Below are positions 58,163 through 64,000 of a stretch of 64,000 nt of DNA, piece by piece. The stretch covers positions 1-64,000 of the forward strand of contig NZ_MWQY01000020.1 in assembly GCF_002087085.1 (NCBI RefSeq). The letters are read 5' to 3'. The notes below the pieces were generated by a model. That model did no database searches. It worked only from the letters and a program-made list of their open reading frames with translations, and was not told the DNA's origin. A program made the translations under genes and the position numbers. The stretch's first letter is position 1; each line of letters begins with the position of its first letter.

Positions 58163-58939
58163 TCAGCGTTTTGCTCCTGCAAGGGCCTCTTCCACCAGGG
58201 AATAGAAGGTGTCATAGGAGATGGTTGCTCCGGTGACTGCATCAGGAACTGCAGTTTCCTGGCTCTCCAGGAAGGCCTTCTCTACGGCCTGGGCCTGCTC
58301 GTGCCACTCCCTGGTTGCATTGGAATTGGCCACCATGCCGTATTCCCCGTCCATGGAACGCTGAACCTTGTTGGTTCCGCCGTCTTCGGCCACGGCATCC
58401 CAGTGGGCGGATACCACATACCCGGAAGTTACCGTAAAATCTACAAAGTACTTCCATCCATTATGGAACTCGTCATCCGAAGCGGAGTAGGTACCGTCCT
58501 TGTAGGGACCATAGCCCACAGGACCTTTGGCCAGAGCTTCGGCGGCGAGTTCGTAGAACTCATTGTAGTGTATGGTAGCTCCGCTTATGGCATCGGGCAT
58601 CTCCGTGGAAGGATTTTCCCTGAAATACTCCTCCACCGCAGCGGCCTGAACATGCCAGTCTGCCTGGGCGCCCCCCTGGGCAACCATGGGATAATTACCT
58701 GCTTTGGAAACGGAAACCTTGTCGGGTCCGGCATTGATATTGGAGCCGTTCCACACAACCTCGGTGAACTCTCCGTCCTCAACCTTGAGGGTTACGTTAT
58801 ATTTCCATCCGCTTTTGGGGAATTCCGTCTGCTGGGCAAAGTAGATCCCGTCTTCGTAGCCTGTCCCCTTCGAACTGCAGCTTACAAAAAGAGCGGCAGC
58901 GAGGGCCAGTACAACGGTAATTCTTACAATGTGTTTCAT
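58163..58939 (-). CDS. Lipoprotein with two FMN-binding (flavinylation) domains, PplA/Tpp15-like
   Basis: GGAGG RBS; lipobox FVSC; two repeats Y.DG.Y..GWKY..Y.MVA..WH.QA ending in DAISGAT and DAVTGAT. Confidence 0.88.
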   Translation of the reverse strand: MKHIVRITVVLALAAALFVSCSSKGTGYEDGIYFAQQTEFPKSGWKYNVTLKVEDGEFTEVVWNGSNINAGPDKVSVSKAGNYPMVAQGGAQADWHVQAAAVEEYFRENPSTEMPDAISGATIHYNEFYELAAEALAKGPVGYGPYKDGTYSASDDEFHNGWKYFVDFTVTSGYVVSAHWDAVAEDGGTNKVQRSMDGEYGMVANSNATREWHEQAQAVEKAFLESQETAVPDAVTGATISYDTFYSLVEEALAGAKR

Positions 58940-59127
58940 AGAAACCTCCAATCCTCTTATATTGGCCTTTTAATATAGTGTGAATAATATACTATCTTAT
59001 ACCGACTTTGAATATATATTTCAATATATTTAAAGCATATTATAGAGAAAATTCAGCATTATAAAGGTTGAGACTTCTTTATCGCCCACAATATTCACAA
59101 TTTACGATATTTAATCACATTAAATTA

Positions 59128-59156
59128 TTGACAGTATCTTATTTTACGTATACTGT
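59128..59156 (+). promoter_or_regulatory. Sigma70 promoter in an AT-rich divergent intergenic region
   Basis: TTGACA-N17-TACTGT. Confidence 0.6.
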
Positions 59157-59226
59157 AATCATGTTATATAAATTTTCCTTGATGTTTTGTCCGCACAGAA
59201 CAGAAACAGGGAAAAAGGAGTATTGC

Positions 59227-59829
59227 ATGAAGACTATCCGTTTGATGGCAGGAGCACTGGTTCTGATTATGGTATTGGGCGCCTGCGGGGGCAATGCCGG
59301 GGCCGCAAAAGAGGAAGCCACCGCTGAAGCAGCCGAGCCTGCAAAGGGTATTACCCTGGAAAACGCCTTCTACTATACCCATGTTGACGGGCACAAGAAG
59401 GAGACACAGATTCCCGCGGTTGTTCTTTTCGAGTATGAGCAGCTGAAAACAGTCCGCTACCAGGTGGCATATATTGCCTGTACCTGCAGGGGACCGGAAG
59501 TAAACTACTGGTCCGTGGCGAATGTGGAAATCAATAAATCCAACCTCACCGTAGACCACATCTCCTATCACGAGGATTCCACCGACCATTACGTAGCCGG
59601 GATGTACGGCGACAGTACCGAATCCTGGGACGGTACGCCCGTGCGGGAGCTCTTTGACGGTTTTATCCAGGACAGCATCCTTGGAAAATCGGAAAGCGAG
59701 ATCGATGCCTATGTACCCATGCACGGGGAAGTTGATACCTACACCGGTGCAACAGTTACCCCCAACAACGCAATGCGCATGCTCCAGGGGCTCTTTGAGT
59801 ATCACAAAGAACACTACGGCAGCAACTAG
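59227..59829 (+). CDS. Lipoprotein with a CxC motif and a C-terminal flavinylation motif
   Basis: AAGGAG RBS; lipobox LGAC; YIACTCR; VDTYTGATVT. Confidence 0.8.
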   Translation: MKTIRLMAGALVLIMVLGACGGNAGAAKEEATAEAAEPAKGITLENAFYYTHVDGHKKETQIPAVVLFEYEQLKTVRYQVAYIACTCRGPEVNYWSVANVEINKSNLTVDHISYHEDSTDHYVAGMYGDSTESWDGTPVRELFDGFIQDSILGKSESEIDAYVPMHGEVDTYTGATVTPNNAMRMLQGLFEYHKEHYGSN

Positions 59830-59862
59830 GGTTTCTGCCAAAAAAAATAGAGGAATAGAACT

Positions 59863-60759
59863 ATGATCAAGAAGACGACAATTATTCTGTTAACCTTAAT
59901 GCTGGCTCTCTCCATTGTCTCCTGCGGCAAGTCCGGCGCAGATGCGGGTCTTACGGGAACCGAAGAGATCACCATGGAGAATATCGACCAGTATATCGAC
60001 AAAGACGCCAGATTCATCGATCTGCGGAATTTCGCCGACATGTTCAATGGCGGCTACATCGCCGGTTTCGAGGTAGTGCCCTTTTTCCAGTATCTGGAAG
60101 GCCGCGCCCTTGTCCGGAACAACGGATGGGAGTTCTCCGAGGCTGACGTGGTTGAACCGGCAATCCTGGAGAACATCTTCGGTTCCAAGGAAGATGTAAT
60201 CGTCCTGATGTGCGGTTCCGGAACCCGGGCCGGATACGTAAAGGACGCCCTGAACAGTCTGGGCTACACCAAGGTTATCAATGCCGGAGGGATTCGGGAT
60301 TATAAGGGTGAAAACAAGGTCCTCGGGGACGGCAGCTACGCCGGCCAGATGGTCCTCCCCGCGGAGGTCACCATGGAGAACATCGACCAGTACCTTTACC
60401 GGGACGGAGCCAAATACGTTGATCTGCGCAATGTCGCCGATAAATACGTGGGCGGATACATCGACAGTTTCGAGCTCGTCTCCTTCTTTGAATACCTTGA
60501 AAACAATGCCCTTGTCCGGAACAACGGATGGGAGTTTTCCGAGGCTGACGTGGTTGAACCGGCAATCCTGGAGAACATCTTCGGCTCCAAGGACCGGGAA
60601 GTATTCCTGATGTGCGGCTCCGGAACACGGGCCGGATACGTAAAAGATGCCCTTGAAAGCATCGGTTACACAAACGTGTACAACGTCGGCGGGATTCGGG
60701 ACTATAAGGGAGATCACAAGATCTTCGGCGATGAATCCTTCAGCCTGAACCTTCAGTAG
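59863..60759 (+). CDS. Tandem rhodanese-domain lipoprotein
   Basis: Lipobox IVSC; two 134-aa repeats, each with (I/V)DLR..GGYI, MCGSGTRA and N.GG. Confidence 0.9.
   Translation: MIKKTTIILLTLMLALSIVSCGKSGADAGLTGTEEITMENIDQYIDKDARFIDLRNFADMFNGGYIAGFEVVPFFQYLEGRALVRNNGWEFSEADVVEPAILENIFGSKEDVIVLMCGSGTRAGYVKDALNSLGYTKVINAGGIRDYKGENKVLGDGSYAGQMVLPAEVTMENIDQYLYRDGAKYVDLRNVADKYVGGYIDSFELVSFFEYLENNALVRNNGWEFSEADVVEPAILENIFGSKDREVFLMCGSGTRAGYVKDALESIGYTNVYNVGGIRDYKGDHKIFGDESFSLNLQ
60106..60652 (+). repeat. Intragenic direct repeat (offset 402 bp)
   Basis: 60106-60190 vs 60508-60592 differ at only 2 of 85 positions by eye; the similarity continues through the CGSGTRAGYVKDAL codons. Confidence 0.9.
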
Positions 60760-60779
60760 TATTCAGTTTATCCACCCCG

Positions 60780-60816
60780 GCCCGGGTCCTTTCTCAAAGA
60801 GGATCCGGGCTTCTTT
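60780..60816 (+). terminator. Rho-independent terminator
   Basis: GCCCGGGTCCT-N9-AGGATCCGGGC-TTCTTT. Confidence 0.75.
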
Positions 60817-61885
60817 ATGGAATCAGCTGAATTCCCGCCATAAGCTGGTGTCCATACGTCCTTATCAAGCCCGGATAATCCATGTGGTCAGACCCCAGGC
60901 CGTAGATTCCGAAACTCGCTATCCTGGGGCTGTAACGATACTCCAGGAAGAGGTTCAAGGAATCTCCAAGCCCCATGCTGTATCCCCCCAGAGCGGAAGC
61001 CCTAAGTCCGAAGCTTGTATAACAGTCACCTTCCCCCTCGGTGACAGAGAGTTCTCCGGCACCCGCCAGACCGAGGTATGCATGGCTGAGCTGAGGAAGG
61101 ACTTCGAAATAGCGCCACAGGGGAAGCCGCATAAGGAAACGCTGCCCCAGGGAGAAGGTATGGACTGTAAGATGAATCTGATCGTCGGTCTGTGACTGAA
61201 GGTTGTAGAGGAATTCCCATCCGCCGGAAAAAAAGCCTTCGCCCCCCTCAAGATACGATATCCCTGCCAGAAATCCCGGTCCGTCGGTCTTTTCAGCGTC
61301 TTCATGATCGAAATCATCATCGTAGCGGACAGTCTGAAAGCTTCCTCCCAGCTTGAATTCAAGAAAATCCGGGTATTCCGCTCTGCGGGAATATTCACGC
61401 CGTTGATAGGGAGATGTCATGTCGCTCTCCTCCACCTCTGCTGAAGCCGAGGCGATTACATTCCCCTGCTGAACATCAACAAGCTGCAGCAGAATTCTCA
61501 TTCCCCTGTTAGTGTATCCGGGTCTGGAAAAACCCCGTACGGAACCGAACACCAGGTACTCCGCTCCCAGGGCATTCCCGATGCTCACCGCTGTTTCGCT
61601 GTCCACAGCACCTGAAAGCTGGTATTCCAGCTCCTCCGTTATCCGGTCAATATTCTCGCGCTCAACGACCGCGATGCCGGCGCGTATAAATGCCCGGGTT
61701 ATTTCGTCGGCTACAAAACGCCCATTCTCCGGTTTCCCGTCAGTATCCATCTCGGCTACTGCAACGGTGGAAGTCCGCTGAAAACCGCTGATACATAGAT
61801 CCTGTACCAGAGTGTCGTAGGTATCACTGTAAAGCAGAATTGATGATACCATTGCAAGCATCATAATAACGAATTTCCTGGACAT
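60815..61885 (-). CDS. Secreted CsgG/FlgO-like domain protein with a putative C-terminal beta-barrel
   Basis: Signal peptide; VVERENID.I.EEL.YQLSG.VD..TAV.IG..LGA..LV.GS; alternating beta-strand pattern in the C-terminal half. Confidence 0.75.
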   Translation of the reverse strand: MSRKFVIMMLAMVSSILLYSDTYDTLVQDLCISGFQRTSTVAVAEMDTDGKPENGRFVADEITRAFIRAGIAVVERENIDRITEELEYQLSGAVDSETAVSIGNALGAEYLVFGSVRGFSRPGYTNRGMRILLQLVDVQQGNVIASASAEVEESDMTSPYQRREYSRRAEYPDFLEFKLGGSFQTVRYDDDFDHEDAEKTDGPGFLAGISYLEGGEGFFSGGWEFLYNLQSQTDDQIHLTVHTFSLGQRFLMRLPLWRYFEVLPQLSHAYLGLAGAGELSVTEGEGDCYTSFGLRASALGGYSMGLGDSLNLFLEYRYSPRIASFGIYGLGSDHMDYPGLIRTYGHQLMAGIQLIP

Positions 61886-62040
61886 TTTTTCCCTCTTTTC
61901 TATCGCTTTTTGGGCATTATAATACCATATATACAGCCCTTATATACCGGATTTTTACTTCTCCATGAACTATATTGTACGAAAACGGGACAGGATATCA
62001 GGCCGGTCCCCGTTCAATGCAGTTCGACAAGGAGGAAGAA

Positions 62041-62346
62041 ATGGCGGAATATACCTTCGACGGAACAACCCTGCGGGACGGCAAGGGAACAAAGATGGGC
62101 GAGATTGACAGGAGCTACATTCGCGGATGGAACGCAGCCCTGCTGGGGCAGCTTGACCGGAAGAATATACGGGATCCCAGGGGAAAGAAACTGCTGGAGT
62201 TTGACGGAAAAACCGTAAAGGATGATCTTGGAAAGAAGGTCACTACCATAAAGGAAATTCAGGAGCTGATAGACGGCGAAGCGGACATTTCCCTGGTGGC
62301 GGCCTGGTATTTTCTAATTAAAAAACAGCAGGCCAACATGACATAA
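62041..62346 (+). CDS. Small beta-hairpin repeat protein (beta-flower-like)
   Basis: AGGAGG RBS; four 16-aa repeats LRDGKGTKMGEID / IRGWNAALLGQLD / IRDPRGKKLLEFD / VKDDLGKKVTTI. Confidence 0.7.
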   Translation: MAEYTFDGTTLRDGKGTKMGEIDRSYIRGWNAALLGQLDRKNIRDPRGKKLLEFDGKTVKDDLGKKVTTIKEIQELIDGEADISLVAAWYFLIKKQQANMT

Positions 62347-62347
62347 T

Positions 62348-62815
62348 TCAGATCTCGCTCTCTTCCTCGTCGGGAACAACCAGCACCGGGCAATGGGCCT
62401 TTCGTATAACCTTCTCGGTAAAATTTCCGAGCATTCGGTTAATTACATTCGAGCCCGCTCCCCTCCCGATAACAACCAGGCTGACCGATTCTTCCCGGGC
62501 CTTCCGCAGGATCTCCTCTCCGACATTGCCGACGGAAAAATCCGAGGACCATTGTACCCCCTCAGGTATGGCGGGAATATAGACTTCGGCGATCTTGCGG
62601 TCGATGTCCTGCCTGGCCTTGGCATCGACATCCTCCACCTCGTATATATAGGACTTCCAGAACTGCGCGTCCGGCTCCGGTATGGCGTGAAAGATAATAA
62701 GTTCGCTCCCCTCATTGGCGGCGGCAATATTCAAGGCGTAGCGAAAGGCTCTCAGGGCGTCGGTGTTGAAATCGGTACAAAAGAGAATCTTTTTAAAAAT
62801 ATTCCTGTGGGGCAT
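62348..62815 (-). CDS. Universal stress protein
   Basis: FKKILFCTDF, LVVIG.G and LG..TEKVIRKAHCPVLVVP. Confidence 0.92.
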   Translation of the reverse strand: MPHRNIFKKILFCTDFNTDALRAFRYALNIAAANEGSELIIFHAIPEPDAQFWKSYIYEVEDVDAKARQDIDRKIAEVYIPAIPEGVQWSSDFSVGNVGEEILRKAREESVSLVVIGRGAGSNVINRMLGNFTEKVIRKAHCPVLVVPDEEESEI

Positions 62816-62827
62816 CCTGTTCCTCCT

Positions 62828-64000
62828 TTACCGAAGCAGTCCGGGCAGAAAAAGAGAGAGCTGGGGAAACACAATCAGAATAAGTGCGGAAATCAGCAGC
62901 ATCAGAAGATACGGCAGGGCACCTTTGAAGATGACCGTAAGCGGAATATCCCGTTCTATACCGCTGACCACGTAGACATTCACCCCCACGGGAGGTGTAA
63001 TTACCCCCATCTGAGTGATGACCACCACGATCACGCCGAACCATACAGGATCGAAACCGAGTTCCAGAATTACCGGATAAAAGATCGGTATCGTCAGCAG
63101 AATAAGCGCCAGGGCGTCGATAAAACAGCCCGCGAACAGAAAAAAGAGTATGATTATGATCATGACCCCCCAGCCCGGCAAAGGCAGGGAGACAAAGAAA
63201 CCCGCCACAGCAAAGGGAATCCGGGACACGGCAAGAAACCTGCCGAAGATAACCGCCCCGGCCACGATAAAGAAGATCATGCTCGAGGTCCGCACGGTCT
63301 CGAAGATTATCATCTTCAGTTTATGCAGGGACATCTCCTTCTGAAAGATGGCAATGGCAAAACTGCCGGCTGTTCCCACGGCCGCGGCCTCGATGGGGGT
63401 GAAAATCCCGAAGAACATCCCTCCCATGACCAGGAAAAAGAGAATCAGGGTCTCGATAACTCCGGTGAGGGACTGGAAACGCTCCTTCCAGCTGTGCCGG
63501 GGCCCCGCGGGACCGAGCCTGCTGTTGCCGATGCAGCTGAAATAGATGGACAGGCAGAAGAGCAGGGCAATCAGTATTCCCGGAATGATGCCTGCCAGAA
63601 AGAGATCTCCGATGGACTGCTCTGTCATAAGGGCGTACACGATAAAGACAACCGAGGGGGGAATCAGCATACCCAGGGAGCCTCCTGCTGCAACGGTCCC
63701 GGAGGCCAGGGAGTCCGCATAGCCGTAGCGCTTCATCTCCGGCAGGGCTACAGCGGACATGGTTGCCGCGGTAGCGGGTCCCGAACCGCAGATTGCACCG
63801 AATCCTGCGCAGGCGCCCACCGTGGCCATGGCAAGACCTCCCCTGAGATGGCCGATCCACACATAGGCGGTACGGAACATGCGCCTGCTTATTCCGGCAT
63901 GAAAGGCGATCTGCCCCATCATTACGAAGAGGGGAATCACCGTCAGGCTGTAGGAAGAAAAGGTCTCATACAGATCGGCGCTGACCATGCTGAAGGCCGC
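62828..64000 (-). CDS. TRAP transporter large permease (DctM); 5' end outside the window
   Basis: IPLF, GAICGSG.ATAA, GGSLGMLIPPS, FTPIEAAAVG and ITPPVGVN; the frame is open to the window edge. Confidence 0.93.
   Translation of the reverse strand, partial: AAFSMVSADLYETFSSYSLTVIPLFVMMGQIAFHAGISRRMFRTAYVWIGHLRGGLAMATVGACAGFGAICGSGPATAATMSAVALPEMKRYGYADSLASGTVAAGGSLGMLIPPSVVFIVYALMTEQSIGDLFLAGIIPGILIALLFCLSIYFSCIGNSRLGPAGPRHSWKERFQSLTGVIETLILFFLVMGGMFFGIFTPIEAAAVGTAGSFAIAIFQKEMSLHKLKMIIFETVRTSSMIFFIVAGAVIFGRFLAVSRIPFAVAGFFVSLPLPGWGVMIIIILFFLFAGCFIDALALILLTIPIFYPVILELGFDPVWFGVIVVVITQMGVITPPVGVNVYVVSGIERDIPLTVIFKGALPYLLMLLISALILIVFPQLSLFLPGLLR

Noticed and set aside
59083..59100. Rex operator
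   Set aside because: Only the TTCACAA half matches TTGTGAA-N4-TTCACAA.
59144..59156. TACGTATAC (and AATGTACATACA near 14722) as further LacI operator copies
   Set aside because: Only partial matches, far from the island. The first coincides with a -10 region.

Overview
A 64-kb bacterial chromosomal window, most likely from a free-living anaerobic spirochaete. The inference rests on a gltX-glyS-tyrS cluster like that of Borrelia/Treponema, a homodimeric-type GlyRS, spirochaete-style signal peptides and a FlgD-Ig/OmpA lipoprotein. No rRNA, tRNA, CRISPR array, prophage or transposase was recognised. From left to right: (1) a visibly AT-richer ~10-kb catabolic island (URO-D-like, LacI, lactonase, Ldh_2, creatininase-like, SDR, fucose-isomerase-like, transaldolase, HpcH aldolase, TRAP DctP) with four copies of the palindrome ATGTATACGTATACAT; (2) three aminoacyl-tRNA synthetases; (3) an ANKH/MATE-like exporter and AzlCD; (4) a coupled cNMP-GGDEF and cNMP-GGDEF-DHH/DHHA1 pair whose GGDEF domains have lost complementary catalytic residues; (5) a short MalT-like regulator, an OmpA lipoprotein and a 160-bp MITE-like element; (6) two flavocytochrome-c/fumarate-reductase-like flavoproteins around a DcuS/DcuR-type two-component system; (7) chvE-gguA-gguB with a divergent DeoR and an orphan ABC ATPase; (8) an internally duplicated KamA-like radical SAM enzyme coupled to a cytoplasmic M23 protein; (9) a ycjNOP/ycjQ-like cluster with a GH4 alpha-galactosidase and no YcjR epimerase; (10) divergent flavinylation-motif lipoproteins with a double-rhodanese lipoprotein; (11) USP and TRAP DctM. 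The best candidates for undescribed systems are (4), (9), (8), (10) and (1). All family assignments come from motifs read by eye; no database searches were run.
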